Virus genome (UHGV): UHGV-0312576
Origin: a virus
DNA length: 64,000 bases
Reading direction: 5' to 3' (one strand)
Shown here: positions 26,170-36,601 of the stretch, in pieces
How positions within the stretch are numbered: the stretch's first letter is position 1
How the letters are laid out: the number at the start of each line of letters is the position of its first letter
Program-made: the position numbers and the translations under genes
Notes under the pieces: generated by a model
Seen by the model: only the letters and a program-made list of their open reading frames with translations
Told to the model about the DNA's origin: nothing
The model's database searches: none

Positions 26170-26436
26170 GTGAGTGTAATAGATAAAACAGAAATAAGAT
26201 CAGAGATAATTAAACGGAGAATACATTATTTCTACTGTGATAATTGCGGTGAATATCTGGGCGCTGTTGAAGAATGTGATGATGGATATTACCATAGTCC
26301 AGGAGAATATAATTTGCCTATTCGTGTGGATAGTGTATGGTTTAGATATAATCAGCAATTGTGCGAAGAATGTAGAAAACAATTTATTGATACATTGAAA
26401 AATACATTGATTAATTTGGGATTTAAACCGGAATAA
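26170..26436 (+). CDS. small zinc-finger protein
   Basis: 88 aa, CDNCG...CEEC; start codon uncertain (GTG inside the RBS). Confidence 0.4.
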   Translation: MSVIDKTEIRSEIIKRRIHYFYCDNCGEYLGAVEECDDGYYHSPGEYNLPIRVDSVWFRYNQQLCEECRKQFIDTLKNTLINLGFKPE

Positions 26437-26476
26437 ACCCACGTTTCATAGGAGGTGATTTAATATAGCGAAGGAT

Positions 26477-26770
26477 TTGATTAGTAGAAAAGAGCTGTTG
26501 AAAAAAGTTACTATTGATTGTAATGGGAAAAGAATCCCAGAAACAGATATTGACAATTTTCCTATTACATTAACCATCAGAGAAATTAAGGATTTGATTA
26601 GAAAAGAACCTTTGGCTTATGATGTGGATAAAGTTATAGGACAGTTAGAGGAATGTAAGTCAATTATGTTAAGCCCAACAACAATGGATTGTTTTGGAAC
26701 AAACTGTGAGCATAATGACTGTCTTGCATGTGTATTTGAAAAGGCAATCGAGATTGTAAAAAATGGTTAA
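26477..26770 (+). CDS. hypothetical protein
   Basis: 97-aa ORF. Confidence 0.4.
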   Translation: MISRKELLKKVTIDCNGKRIPETDIDNFPITLTIREIKDLIRKEPLAYDVDKVIGQLEECKSIMLSPTTMDCFGTNCEHNDCLACVFEKAIEIVKNG

Positions 26771-26791
26771 TAAAATGAGGGTGAAAAAATA

Positions 26792-26947
26792 ATGTGGAAT
26801 AGTGCTAAAAAAGAACCATTCGTAGACGATGTATATACTTGTATAGTCGAGTTTTATAAGGAACCATTTGATGTCCAGATTGTAGACTGCGAATATTACG
26901 GCGAGTGGAAAATTAATGAAACATGGAATCTTCTTTTGTGGAAGTGA
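26792..26947 (+). CDS. hypothetical small protein (51 aa)
   Basis: ATG after GAGGGTGAAAAAATA; below the ORF-track cutoff. Confidence 0.3.
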   Translation: MWNSAKKEPFVDDVYTCIVEFYKEPFDVQIVDCEYYGEWKINETWNLLLWK

Positions 26948-27038
26948 AAGATGTTGGAGTAAAAAAAGTTGGGAGAGAGGAGAATAGTAGAATAGAGGTG
27001 AATACATCATTAGTAAAGAACTAAAATATCCAAAAGAT

Positions 27039-27293
27039 ATGTATACAGACTGTGGATTATATGATGGTGATATGGATAGCGAAGAAATTTCTTGTTATAA
27101 AGAGAAGTTAGTAAAGTGTAGAAAGCCACACAAATGTAATGCTTGTGATAAAGATATTCCTATAGGTGATTATGCACTTAATGAGTCGGGATTTATGGAT
27201 GACCATGCAATATCCTGTTATACCTGTACAGATTGTATTGAGGACTGGTTGGAAGAATCTGGACAGGTAGATACAGAAGATGATGGAGAATAG
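27039..27293 (+). CDS. Cys-rich hypothetical protein
   Basis: 84 aa, CRKPHKCNACD...CYTCTDC. Confidence 0.4.
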   Translation: MYTDCGLYDGDMDSEEISCYKEKLVKCRKPHKCNACDKDIPIGDYALNESGFMDDHAISCYTCTDCIEDWLEESGQVDTEDDGE

Positions 27294-27361
27294 CGATTGA
27301 AAATCTTATTTCAAATCGATAATTAAAAAAATATTATACATAAAAAGGAGAATATAACACT

Positions 27362-27685
27362 ATGGAGAAAATTTTAGAATTGTTAGCAAGTAACCCGGAG
27401 TTAGTTATGCCAGTGGTAAGAGAGTACATTGCCAAGTATAAGCCTATGGCTTATGAACTGGCTCATGAAGTGATGGAGATTTATAAGGACTATGCAAATA
27501 ACACAGAGTACCCTTCTGTAATTGCAAAGACAAAGAAGAATCTCTACGATGCATATGTGGAAGTTGGATTTACTGGCGACCAGGCATTAGCACTCATGAT
27601 TAATGATAATATTCAGCTTCTGAAGAATCTTAAACAAATCTCTACTAATAACAGCAAATCTACTAAGAAATCACAGACTTTTTAA
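27362..27685 (+). CDS. hypothetical protein
   Basis: 107 aa, RBS AAAAGGAGAATATAACACT. Confidence 0.45.
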   Translation: MEKILELLASNPELVMPVVREYIAKYKPMAYELAHEVMEIYKDYANNTEYPSVIAKTKKNLYDAYVEVGFTGDQALALMINDNIQLLKNLKQISTNNSKSTKKSQTF

Positions 27686-27730
27686 CTGAAATAAAATTCC
27701 TATTTTATGTGATTATGTGAGGTGAAAACA

Positions 27731-27886
27731 ATGGAAGATTTACCGCTAACGTGTGACTGTGGCTCCGAAAGTACAATACATAAAAATCCTTATTACGATG
27801 AGATTGGAGAAGTGGAGTATGATTTACACTGCGCAAAGTGTGATAAGTATTTAGGGCACTTTGTATATGGGTGTTGGGAATATTAA
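27731..27886 (+). CDS. small zinc-ribbon protein (51 aa)
   Basis: CDCGS...CAKCDKY; RBS GAGGTGAAAACA. Confidence 0.35.
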   Translation: MEDLPLTCDCGSESTIHKNPYYDEIGEVEYDLHCAKCDKYLGHFVYGCWEY

Positions 27887-27896
27887 TTGAGAAAGG

Positions 27897-28256
27897 GTGA
27901 GAAAAATAAGAACAGAACTACCATGTTTACCACTTATCCAAGAGAGATTTTGGAATGAGGTAAAAAATAAAGAAGAATATGGGAGAGGTAATTGTTGTTG
28001 GCCAGAGTTTGAATTCTATATGTTTCCTCAAGTATGGGGAGATACATCATTAGGCTTCGGCGGCATTGGTGGTCAGGCTATGACATCTGCCTATACAACG
28101 GTCATAGTTGATAACTGTACTGGCTGGTGTGGAGTGTTTTTTGGAGAAAGACTGGCATATACAATTCTAAATCCTAATCAGGCGTTTTATGATGATTTAC
28201 ATAATGGTCGGATGGAGAGTGTTAGTAAATCGGGGAAATATTTGAGGAAAGAGTGA
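27897..28256 (+). CDS. hypothetical protein
   Basis: 119-aa ORF. Confidence 0.4.
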   Translation: MRKIRTELPCLPLIQERFWNEVKNKEEYGRGNCCWPEFEFYMFPQVWGDTSLGFGGIGGQAMTSAYTTVIVDNCTGWCGVFFGERLAYTILNPNQAFYDDLHNGRMESVSKSGKYLRKE

Positions 28257-28464
28257 GGTAAAAATTTGGGATTAATTTGTAAGCCGATTGGCAATTTCGC
28301 AAGCGTAATGAGAAGAATGGAGAATAAGTTAGCAGCGGAGAAGATAGAGAATAAGGTAAAGAATGAACGCAAGAGAACAAAAGAATTGGGTGCAGTCTAA
28401 TTCTATCAAAATAGAAATACAGCAATAGCTGTACAAAATATAAATTAAAAAGGAGATCATTATT

Positions 28465-29439
28465 ATGACAGACATTAACGCAAAGAGCACAAAGGCAGAA
28501 ATCATGGAGGCTTATATGGCCCAGAAGAAGCAACTTGATAAGTTGATGGCAGCAAAGGACGATCCGGTTGCCCAGGAGAAATTAAAAAAGCAGAAGCTGA
28601 CTCTTGATTCGGCAGCGGAGATTGCGGGTGCGGGTATTCTGAATGATTCAATTGTTAAGCAGTACAATGACATCTGTGAGGCAGTTGATATTAAAAAGGC
28701 AGAATTATGCGAATTATATGATATTGAAACAGAGTTGAACACACTTGTTGCCCTGGTAAACGCGCATAAAGACAAGGCTCATGAGTTGGATGAACAGTAT
28801 AAGCTGGTTAAAGCTGAAGCAGAGAAAAATCTTCAGGACACAAAGGCCGCTATTAAAGATGAGATTGATGCTCTCAACAAAGAAAAGGCTGAAGCACTGG
28901 CCATAATTAGAAAAGAAGCCGCAGATTTAAAAGCACAGTTAAAACAGGAACGGCAGCGTGAAGAAGAGGAATATACATATAATCGTGATAGAGCAAGAAA
29001 GATTGCCGAAGACAAATGGGCAGATGAAGAAGCTGTGAAGCGTAAAGAGTTGGAAGCGTGGAATAATTCTATTGAAGAAAGAGAATTATCTGTTATTGCA
29101 CAGGAGAACCACATTGGTGACCTTGAGCAGAAGGTAGCTGAAATCCCTTCGTTGATTGAATCTGCAACAACTGAAGGCTATGAGAAGGGGAAGTCCGATG
29201 CCGGGAAGTCTTGGGGTTTTGAAAAGAGGGCTATCGAGCAGAAGAATGAATATGAGCAGAAAGCGCTGCATGATAAGGTAGAACGTCTTGAGACGGATTT
29301 ATCAGATGCTAAGAATACTATTGTTACATTACAGAATAAGCTGGATTCAGCTTATGCTCAGATGAGAGAACTTGCTACTGACACTGTTAAGAGTAATGGC
29401 GGAGTGAAGATTTTGGACAGGGAGACTTCCGGGAAGTAA
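28465..29439 (+). CDS. coiled-coil hypothetical protein
   Basis: 324 aa, K/E/A-rich heptad-like sequence; RBS AAAAGGAGATCATTATT. Confidence 0.5.
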   Translation: MTDINAKSTKAEIMEAYMAQKKQLDKLMAAKDDPVAQEKLKKQKLTLDSAAEIAGAGILNDSIVKQYNDICEAVDIKKAELCELYDIETELNTLVALVNAHKDKAHELDEQYKLVKAEAEKNLQDTKAAIKDEIDALNKEKAEALAIIRKEAADLKAQLKQERQREEEEYTYNRDRARKIAEDKWADEEAVKRKELEAWNNSIEERELSVIAQENHIGDLEQKVAEIPSLIESATTEGYEKGKSDAGKSWGFEKRAIEQKNEYEQKALHDKVERLETDLSDAKNTIVTLQNKLDSAYAQMRELATDTVKSNGGVKILDRETSGK

Positions 29440-29447
29440 GGTGCTAA

Positions 29448-29789
29448 ATGGATTTATCAAGAGATTTTATACAATATGAGATAGACAATCCGCATAATGT
29501 AGCTTTTAAAAGTTTAGTGAGTTATGAAAACAGAGAAGATACCATTGAAGGATTTAGGAAGCTGCTTGATGGTACTGGTGGAGGTTGGATTTTGTGCAAA
29601 GACAACCTGCCAGACGATGGTGTAGAGGTTTTGTTTAAAGCAAAACTTGATGGGAGGAAGTATGTGGGACATAAGCATACACATATTTACCATGATGGAG
29701 AAAAACGGATTGAGTATCATTATTTAACGGTTAGGGGAAGTACACGAATTGGGTTGAAACCTATTGCATGGATGCCGCTACCAGAATAG
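29448..29789 (+). CDS. DUF551-like phage protein
   Basis: C-terminal IAWMPLPE matches the W.PLPE end typical of DUF551. Confidence 0.4.
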   Translation: MDLSRDFIQYEIDNPHNVAFKSLVSYENREDTIEGFRKLLDGTGGGWILCKDNLPDDGVEVLFKAKLDGRKYVGHKHTHIYHDGEKRIEYHYLTVRGSTRIGLKPIAWMPLPE

Positions 29790-29902
29790 TTTAATTAATT
29801 TCTTATTCAATGGTCATTTCTGACCGAGTTTCCACAAATAAAAACAATTGAACAGAGAATATTTGTTTAGGCAAGATACAGCCTGCCTATGGTGTATTTA
29901 TG

Positions 29903-29950
29903 CAACTATATATAGATGAGACGGTGCCTGGTGCATACTATATATAGTTG
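29903..29950. promoter_or_regulatory. 13-bp inverted repeat CAACTATATATAG / CTATATATAGTTG in the intergenic region before the replication module
   Basis: Perfect 13-bp arms (29903-29915 and 29938-29950) separated by 22 nt. The same CTATATATAG core occurs at 1752-1835 and 44035-44080. Confidence 0.45.
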
Positions 29951-30090
29951 TTAAATCGCCATGAAAGAGCTGTTTCATCATAGATTTTCATATAGAGTGA
30001 CTTTCTATGTTCCAGTCTGCGAAGGCTGTTGATGTTATATAAGATGTAAAAATATATGAATAATTTTATTTACAGGAGGACATTCAATTA

Positions 30091-31158
30091 ATGACAGAAA
30101 CAAAGAAAAAAGGAAGACTATTCGATTTACCTGAGACAAAAGGATCATTCCAGTTGAAAGGTATTGTTAGTGGTGTAGAGAAGGAAAACTTCTATAAGGA
30201 AATTAAGACCAAGAGCAATAAAGATATGAGAATGATTAACTTTGGAGTCGGATACGCTGAAGGCAGCACACTCTATGTTAATTTACAGGGTATGGAACAG
30301 GACAATGTTTACTACTCTAAGAAAGCAGAAAAGAAAGGCGAAAAAGGCGAAACTGTTAAAGTTCCTTGGGCAGACAGATTCACTTATAACCGTGAGGGAT
30401 TCAGACTTATCGGTAAGAACATTGGCGTAAAGAAGAAAGTTGATGAGACTGGTAAGACTGTAAATGATAAGAAGGTTATGACAGACTTCGATGCTTGTAA
30501 GGAAGTAAATGAAAACCTTAAGGATGGTGCAAGCGTATTTATCAGAGGAACACTTGATTATAGCAGTTTCTTAGATAACAACGGCAACAAGAAGTCTTCC
30601 ACAAAGTTAGTCCCTAATCAGATTTCCCTCTGTGCAGATGTTGTTTTTGATGATGATAACTTCACTCAGCAGAACGACTTCAATCAGGTAATTATCTTTA
30701 TGGGAATTGGGCAGGAAAAGGTAGATGATAAGCCTACTGGTAGATTCGTAGTTGCTGCAAAGATTGTTACATATAGCACAATTGAAGATGTTGAGTTTAT
30801 TGTGGAGAATAAGGATTTAGCTTCTAAATTTAAGAAATCTCTCAAGCCTTACAACGCAATCAAGGTTAATGGTCATATGGTTTCTTCTGTACAGACTGAG
30901 ACTGTAGTTGATGATGACGACAATTGGGGCGAAGAAGACGCTATGGAAAAGGTATCTGCTCCTGTCAAGAGAGAGTTCATCATTACTGGTGCAAAGGGTT
31001 CTACTATCGACAAGGAACTTTATACGGAAGCAAATATTGCTGAAGCAATCGCAAAGATTAACAAGGCTAATAAGGCAGAAAATGACTTTGGTAGTGATGA
31101 TGGTGATGATTGGGGAGAAGCTGATTTAGATTCTGATGAAGATGAAGCATGGGACTAA
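30091..31158 (+). CDS. putative ssDNA-binding protein with acidic C-terminal tail
   Basis: First gene of the replication block. C-terminus DDGDDWGEADLDSDEDEAWD resembles SSB/gp2.5-type acidic tails. The OB fold is inferred only. Confidence 0.35.
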   Translation: MTETKKKGRLFDLPETKGSFQLKGIVSGVEKENFYKEIKTKSNKDMRMINFGVGYAEGSTLYVNLQGMEQDNVYYSKKAEKKGEKGETVKVPWADRFTYNREGFRLIGKNIGVKKKVDETGKTVNDKKVMTDFDACKEVNENLKDGASVFIRGTLDYSSFLDNNGNKKSSTKLVPNQISLCADVVFDDDNFTQQNDFNQVIIFMGIGQEKVDDKPTGRFVVAAKIVTYSTIEDVEFIVENKDLASKFKKSLKPYNAIKVNGHMVSSVQTETVVDDDDNWGEEDAMEKVSAPVKREFIITGAKGSTIDKELYTEANIAEAIAKINKANKAENDFGSDDGDDWGEADLDSDEDEAWD

Positions 31159-31161
31159 TTA

Positions 31162-31917
31162 ATGGGTAAAGATAACCAATTAAAAGATAGAACAGGCGAG
31201 GTGTCATACACCAAGTATGGCACTAAAGCCACTACCGTCCAGTATATCAATAATAAAGATGTGCTTGTTGAATTTAATGATGATTATAGATTTCAGTATC
31301 ACACAACATATATCAATTTTAAAAATGGAAGATTAACAAATCCATACGACAAAAGTATCTACAGAATTGGTTTTATCGGAATTGGAGATTATGATTCAAA
31401 ACATATATCATATCCAGCTTGGTTCAATATGATTAAACGTTGTTACAAAAAACAAAAGAGTTATGATGATGAGTCCTATGATGATTGCATTGTCGATAAG
31501 GAATGGCACAACTTTCAGAATTTTGCAAAATGGTATGAAGAAAATATGTATGTGTGTGATGAACGTTTAGTGATAGATAAGGACATTAAATTGCATGGGA
31601 ACAGAATGTATTCAAAAGAGTATTGTATGTTATTACCAGAAAAAATAAACCTACTATTCATTAAAGAAAAGGCAAGACGAGGCGACTTGCCTATGGGAGT
31701 GCATTTCCATAAGGAAAGAGATAATTATGTAGCAATGTGTTCTGTAGATGGAAAAACAAAATATATTGGCTCATATTCAAATCCTCAAATTGCATTTAAT
31801 CATTATAAAGAGTTTAAAGAAAAGCATATTAAAAAGGTTTTAGAAAATTACATTGGTATTTTGCCAAGTGATATTTATAAAGCAGTTGAGAATTACAAAA
31901 TAGAAATTACAGATTAA
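31162..31917 (+). CDS. free-standing homing-endonuclease-like protein (HNH_3/AP2-type family)
   Basis: YPAWFNMIKRCY...DKEWHNFQNFAKW...LVIDKDIKLHGNRMYSKEYCMLLP matches the Y..W..M..RC...W..F.NF..W....DRID..GNY.P.NC pattern. The C-terminal GVHFHKERDNYVAMCSVDGKTKYIGSY is AP2-like. Confidence 0.45.
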   Translation: MGKDNQLKDRTGEVSYTKYGTKATTVQYINNKDVLVEFNDDYRFQYHTTYINFKNGRLTNPYDKSIYRIGFIGIGDYDSKHISYPAWFNMIKRCYKKQKSYDDESYDDCIVDKEWHNFQNFAKWYEENMYVCDERLVIDKDIKLHGNRMYSKEYCMLLPEKINLLFIKEKARRGDLPMGVHFHKERDNYVAMCSVDGKTKYIGSYSNPQIAFNHYKEFKEKHIKKVLENYIGILPSDIYKAVENYKIEITD

Positions 31918-31931
31918 CGGAGGTAAATATA

Positions 31932-33098
31932 TTGAAGACAAGAGCAGCAAATAAAATTCAGACAAAGTTAGTTACATTATTATATGGTGCAACCTTTAGT
32001 GGAAAGACAACACTTGGATTACAGCTTGCAGATTTTAAGCGAAATGATGGCAAGCCTTTTAGAGTAGCAGTTGTTGATGCAGAAGGTGGCGGTGTAGATG
32101 ACGCAGTTGAAGATTTAGAAGCAAGAGGTGTAGATACAAGAAATATTCATATTTTCTATACACAGAGCCTTCAGGAATTAATAACTATTCTTGATAAAAT
32201 TAAAAACCATGACACATTCTACGAGTATGATGAAGAAGGTAATGAAACCGATGAGCCTATTTTAGACGCAGATGGTGAAGAATTCTTCCCTGACGCACTT
32301 CTTATTGATGGTACATCAATTTTCAGACTGACAAGTGAACAGGGATTACTTGAATTGTCTAAGAAGAGAAATACTATTAAGGCAGATAAAGATGGTCTTG
32401 TTGGTGCAGAAAGATTCGTTAAAATTCAGGGTGCAGACCTTGAATTTAAGGATTACAAAAAGCTGAATTACTCTGGACAGAATTTAGTTCTTGACCTTAT
32501 GGCAATTGGTATTAATGTTGTACTTACTGCAAGAGAGAAAGATGAAACAGTTCAGAAGATGGACAAGAACGGTCAGCAGGTTTCAGTATCTACTGGTAAA
32601 AAGGTGCACGATAGCTTTAAGGGAATCGACTACAACGTAAAGACTATTTTACATATGTATCAAGATAGCGAAACTGGTCAGATTTGTGCAGAAGTTGTAA
32701 AGGATAGAACTAAGGTGCATAAGGCTGGTGACATTATTGAAGACCCTACATTACTTGATTGGCAGACAATCATTGATAGAAACTCTGATAGAAAAGAATT
32801 TGTATTGAAAAATGACTTAGATAAGGCTGTTGAAACAGAGCAGAAGATGTATGAGAAAGAAGCAATGGAATTACACAATTCATTAAAGGGTAATACAATA
32901 ACTCCTGATACATCTAATAATGAAAAAACAAGCAATATTGAAGAAATGAAGACTGATATTCGTGCCAAGGTTAACGCTTTACCACCTGTTAAGAAGAAAG
33001 AAATGAAAGAAAAGTTAGAGAGAGCAGGGCTTCCCACAGTATTTAAGAACGTGACAGATGCGGCTGTTTTGCAGAAAGTTCTTGATATGTTCAAGTAA
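31932..33098 (+). CDS. Sak4-like (AAA_24) RecA-fold ATPase, recombination/annealing-associated
   Basis: Walker A LLYGATFSGKTTLGL at the N-terminus; probable TTG start. Confidence 0.6.
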   Translation: MKTRAANKIQTKLVTLLYGATFSGKTTLGLQLADFKRNDGKPFRVAVVDAEGGGVDDAVEDLEARGVDTRNIHIFYTQSLQELITILDKIKNHDTFYEYDEEGNETDEPILDADGEEFFPDALLIDGTSIFRLTSEQGLLELSKKRNTIKADKDGLVGAERFVKIQGADLEFKDYKKLNYSGQNLVLDLMAIGINVVLTAREKDETVQKMDKNGQQVSVSTGKKVHDSFKGIDYNVKTILHMYQDSETGQICAEVVKDRTKVHKAGDIIEDPTLLDWQTIIDRNSDRKEFVLKNDLDKAVETEQKMYEKEAMELHNSLKGNTITPDTSNNEKTSNIEEMKTDIRAKVNALPPVKKKEMKEKLERAGLPTVFKNVTDAAVLQKVLDMFK

Positions 33099-33126
33099 TA
33101 TAAATTTTCGCATAGAAGGATAAAAT

Positions 33127-33990
33127 ATGAGAGCGACAAGAAAAGAAGGATGTATATGTCGAGTATGTGCTTGCTGCAATCAGTCCTTTTATATAGGTAA
33201 AGATAATATCAGTGATGCAATTTACTATGATAAAAAAACTTATCATAGTAATTGCTTTATTGATAAGCAAGTTAGCTCTTTTGCACCAAAAGAATTTAAA
33301 AATTCAAAGACAATGCCTAAAAACGATCAACTATTAGAATATTGTATAGATGTTCAAAAATATAAAAATGGTCGAAGGTATATTCCTAATGGAAAAGATA
33401 AAATAATACATGATTTTAATGAAGCAAAAAAGAAACGATATGAAGAGCAACTAATTGATTTTCACAATCGAGTAAATGATATAACCAATAATATATTGAA
33501 CAGCGAAGAATTTATTCAATTAAAGAGAAATTCATATAATCATTTTTTGCGCTCGATAGAAAAGCAATGTGTGTATGACTTCATTTTAGAAGTTTATGAT
33601 TTGAATATTATTCCTACTAATATTTGGGAAAAGATTACTGAGATTTATAATGGTACATATAAGGGGATGTCTATTGGGATACCTCCAGAACATTTACTTG
33701 ATATGTGGAAAAGAAAAATTGATATGTTAAATGGTGTTGCAGAGAGAAATGAAATTAAGGGAATCAAAATGTCGGCAGACCAAAGATTAAATTACGACTT
33801 GTCAATTTTGGTTAATAAATATGACAGCTATTTAAAATGGCTTGAAAAACAGAAAATTATAGCATCAGAAAAAGAAATAGAAAAAAGTGAAAATATTGTT
33901 TGTAAAAGCATTGGATATACTTCATCAAATAAAGCTGAAAAAAATGATTCAGATGATATATCTGCCTTGGTTGATGATATTTTCGGATGA
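33127..33990 (+). CDS. hypothetical protein with N-terminal Cys cluster (CICRVCACC)
   Basis: 287-aa ORF between the Sak4-like and helicase genes. Confidence 0.5.
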   Translation: MRATRKEGCICRVCACCNQSFYIGKDNISDAIYYDKKTYHSNCFIDKQVSSFAPKEFKNSKTMPKNDQLLEYCIDVQKYKNGRRYIPNGKDKIIHDFNEAKKKRYEEQLIDFHNRVNDITNNILNSEEFIQLKRNSYNHFLRSIEKQCVYDFILEVYDLNIIPTNIWEKITEIYNGTYKGMSIGIPPEHLLDMWKRKIDMLNGVAERNEIKGIKMSADQRLNYDLSILVNKYDSYLKWLEKQKIIASEKEIEKSENIVCKSIGYTSSNKAEKNDSDDISALVDDIFG

Positions 33991-34007
33991 TTGGTGGTGG
34001 TAATTGA

Positions 34008-35555
34008 TTGACGGAAGAACATAGTGCTTCAAACATCCAAGCTGAGATATGCTTCGTAGGCGCACTACTCAAAGACCCTGATTCATTTGTTAATTATGGA
34101 AATTTTATGAGAAGTAAGTACGACTTCTCTGATCCGGCAGTAAAGTTCTTTTATGACAGCTTTGAAACCTATTATTTGACTTTCTCACAGACAGTAGATG
34201 AGACAAAGGTGAATGTGTTTATGAGTCAAAATCCAGAGAGATTAAGCACATATAAACAATATAAAGGCTGGAAAACTATTCAACAATATATGAATCTTGC
34301 TGATGAAAATGATTGTAAAAATTATTTTGATACAGTGAAGAAATATTCTCTTGTTAGGGAGTATGGTAGAAATGGATTTCCTGTTGATAAAATAATAGCC
34401 CATAATAACTTTGATAAAATGTCTCCTAATGATATTTACAGAATCATTCGTACAAAGGCAGACAAAATACATACCGTTATCAATGCTGGTGAAGAAGCAG
34501 TAGAACTTACTGACAATAATACATCTCAAATTGACAAATATCTTGAAAAACCAAATTTCGGTTTGCCTTTTCCTTGGTATATGTATAATGAATATTTTCT
34601 TGGCATGAGAGAAACGAAGTTATTATTTGAAGGTTTCTTATCTAATGAGGGTAAAACGAGAAAATTGGTATTGTTAGCTGCTTATGTTGCATTAGTTCAA
34701 AATGAGAATTTCTTCTTAATGAGTAATGAGATGGACGAAGAAGACCTGCGTAGTTGTTTAATTACAACGGTTATCAACAACAAAGACTTTCAAGAATTGC
34801 ATGGAGTTGTCCTTGAAAAGCCGGAAAAAGAGATTGTCTTAGGCGTTTATCATGACCGAAAAGGAGAAATTATTAGAAGAAAGATAGATGATTTTGGTAT
34901 CTATATTGAATCTAATGAAGATTATATCAAACGAGTTCAGTCTGAATCAGATGAATATTGGCAAGTAAGAAAAGTAACAGAATGGATTGATAGTCTAGAT
35001 AGAAAAGGCAAGGTAATGTTTAAGGATGTCGGCAATGATTATAGTCCTGAACAAATTGAATTTGAATTGCGTAAAGCAAAGATGGTTCAGAATATCAAAT
35101 ACTTTGGGTATGACACTCTAAAAGGCTACAACACTGATGATTGGTCACAGATTAAACAGTTTGCAACAAGATTAAAAGAACTCACAAAAGAGTTGCGAAT
35201 GAGTGGATATGCAGTATTTCAGTTAAGTGATGATACAGTATTTACTGATATTTTTAGTCTAAGCAGTAATAATATTGCCAATGCAAAACAGATTAAACAT
35301 GTTGCTGACATATTGAACATTGGTAAGAAACTCAATAAAGATGAATATCACAAGTATCAAATGGTGGCAGAGAATGATAGTTGGGGAGAGCCAGTAACAG
35401 AAGATTTAGATTTAAAGAAACAATACTTTTGCATTAAACCAGATAAGAATAGAGCTGGTAGCAAAGATAAAATCATGTTATTCGAGATAGACCTTAACTT
35501 AAATGTTTGGAGAAATATAGGTTATATCATTAAAAGACCTAAAAATTCAGAGTAA
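34008..35555 (+). CDS. DnaB-like replicative helicase
   Basis: N-terminal AEICFVGALLKDPDSFVNY resembles the DnaB N-domain. Degenerate Walker A GFLSNEGKTRKLVLLAAYVAL. Probable TTG start. Confidence 0.5.
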   Translation: MTEEHSASNIQAEICFVGALLKDPDSFVNYGNFMRSKYDFSDPAVKFFYDSFETYYLTFSQTVDETKVNVFMSQNPERLSTYKQYKGWKTIQQYMNLADENDCKNYFDTVKKYSLVREYGRNGFPVDKIIAHNNFDKMSPNDIYRIIRTKADKIHTVINAGEEAVELTDNNTSQIDKYLEKPNFGLPFPWYMYNEYFLGMRETKLLFEGFLSNEGKTRKLVLLAAYVALVQNENFFLMSNEMDEEDLRSCLITTVINNKDFQELHGVVLEKPEKEIVLGVYHDRKGEIIRRKIDDFGIYIESNEDYIKRVQSESDEYWQVRKVTEWIDSLDRKGKVMFKDVGNDYSPEQIEFELRKAKMVQNIKYFGYDTLKGYNTDDWSQIKQFATRLKELTKELRMSGYAVFQLSDDTVFTDIFSLSSNNIANAKQIKHVADILNIGKKLNKDEYHKYQMVAENDSWGEPVTEDLDLKKQYFCIKPDKNRAGSKDKIMLFEIDLNLNVWRNIGYIIKRPKNSE

Positions 35556-35569
35556 ACGGAGGGTGGCAA

Positions 35570-36595
35570 TTGGATGCCAAAGAACTAAAGAATTACATAT
35601 ATGAGAATAGATATGTTGAGCAGATATTAGAGTCCATCGGTTGCCACCATATTAAGTATCATGCTTCAAATGCCTATTGGACTTGTGCAAATGCTAATGG
35701 AGACAATAATGGAGCAATTGTCTTGTATAACAATGAATATTTAATGTGCCTGAATTATACAAGACAGATGATAAAAGGTGATCGAAAGACTGATATTGTT
35801 GATTTAGTTTGTTATACAAAAGATTTAACTTTTCCAGAAGGATTGAAATTTATATGTGAAGAAATTGGAATGTCATATTATCACGATTTTGATGAGGATA
35901 TTCCTGATAGTTTTAAAATTCTAAAAATTATTGATGATATGAACTCCAATTCCTTAGAAGAAAAAGAAAAGCCATTAAAGCCAATTAGCGAACGAATTCT
36001 TTCCTATTATAAAGAGTACGTCAATGACTTATTCTATGAAGATAATATTGATTATTCTACCCAAAAAGAGTTTGAGATTGGCTTTGATGAAGAAAGCAAC
36101 AGATACACAATACCTATTCGTTCAGAAATTGGTGATTTAGTCGGTGTCAAAGGTAGGTATTTTGATAGAAAAGTTCCAGAAGGAGAGAATAAATATATAT
36201 ACCTTGAGCCTTGTGCGAAGTCAAAAATAATATATGGGCTTTATAAAACATTAGAATATATCAAGGCGAAAGGCAGAATTTATGTAGGAGAAGCTGAAAA
36301 ATTTCCACTCCAATTGTGGAGTTATGGCTATAGAAATAGCGGTAGTACAGGTGGTAAAGAATTATCGCAGTATCAAATTGATATGTTAGTAAGATTGGGT
36401 GTCGATATCGTGTTGTGCTTCGACAAAGACGTAACTAAAGAAGAATACGAAGAAATAGCTGAGAGATTTCCAGATGGTGTTCCGCTTTTTTATATGTTTG
36501 ATGAAGACAACATCTTAGAGGAACATGAGTCTCCTTCAGATACCCCTACAAAGTGGCAGTATATGGTAGAACACAATATTTACAAACTGAGATAG
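35570..36595 (+). CDS. DNA primase (TOPRIM domain)
   Basis: TOPRIM glutamate in IYVGEAEKFPL and DxD in VLCFDKDVTKEE; probable TTG start. Confidence 0.5.
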   Translation: MDAKELKNYIYENRYVEQILESIGCHHIKYHASNAYWTCANANGDNNGAIVLYNNEYLMCLNYTRQMIKGDRKTDIVDLVCYTKDLTFPEGLKFICEEIGMSYYHDFDEDIPDSFKILKIIDDMNSNSLEEKEKPLKPISERILSYYKEYVNDLFYEDNIDYSTQKEFEIGFDEESNRYTIPIRSEIGDLVGVKGRYFDRKVPEGENKYIYLEPCAKSKIIYGLYKTLEYIKAKGRIYVGEAEKFPLQLWSYGYRNSGSTGGKELSQYQIDMLVRLGVDIVLCFDKDVTKEEYEEIAERFPDGVPLFYMFDEDNILEEHESPSDTPTKWQYMVEHNIYKLR

Positions 36596-36601
36596 TGAGG
36601 T

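Noticed and set aside
32678-33139. 153-aa minus-strand ORF (and similar antisense ORFs at 646-966, 15969-16337, 37909-38223, 39504-40715, 47269-47625, 61332-61655)
   Set aside because: All lie fully inside well-supported + strand genes with recognisable domains, have low-complexity Ser/Leu/Ile-rich translations and no RBS; typical AT-rich antisense artefacts.
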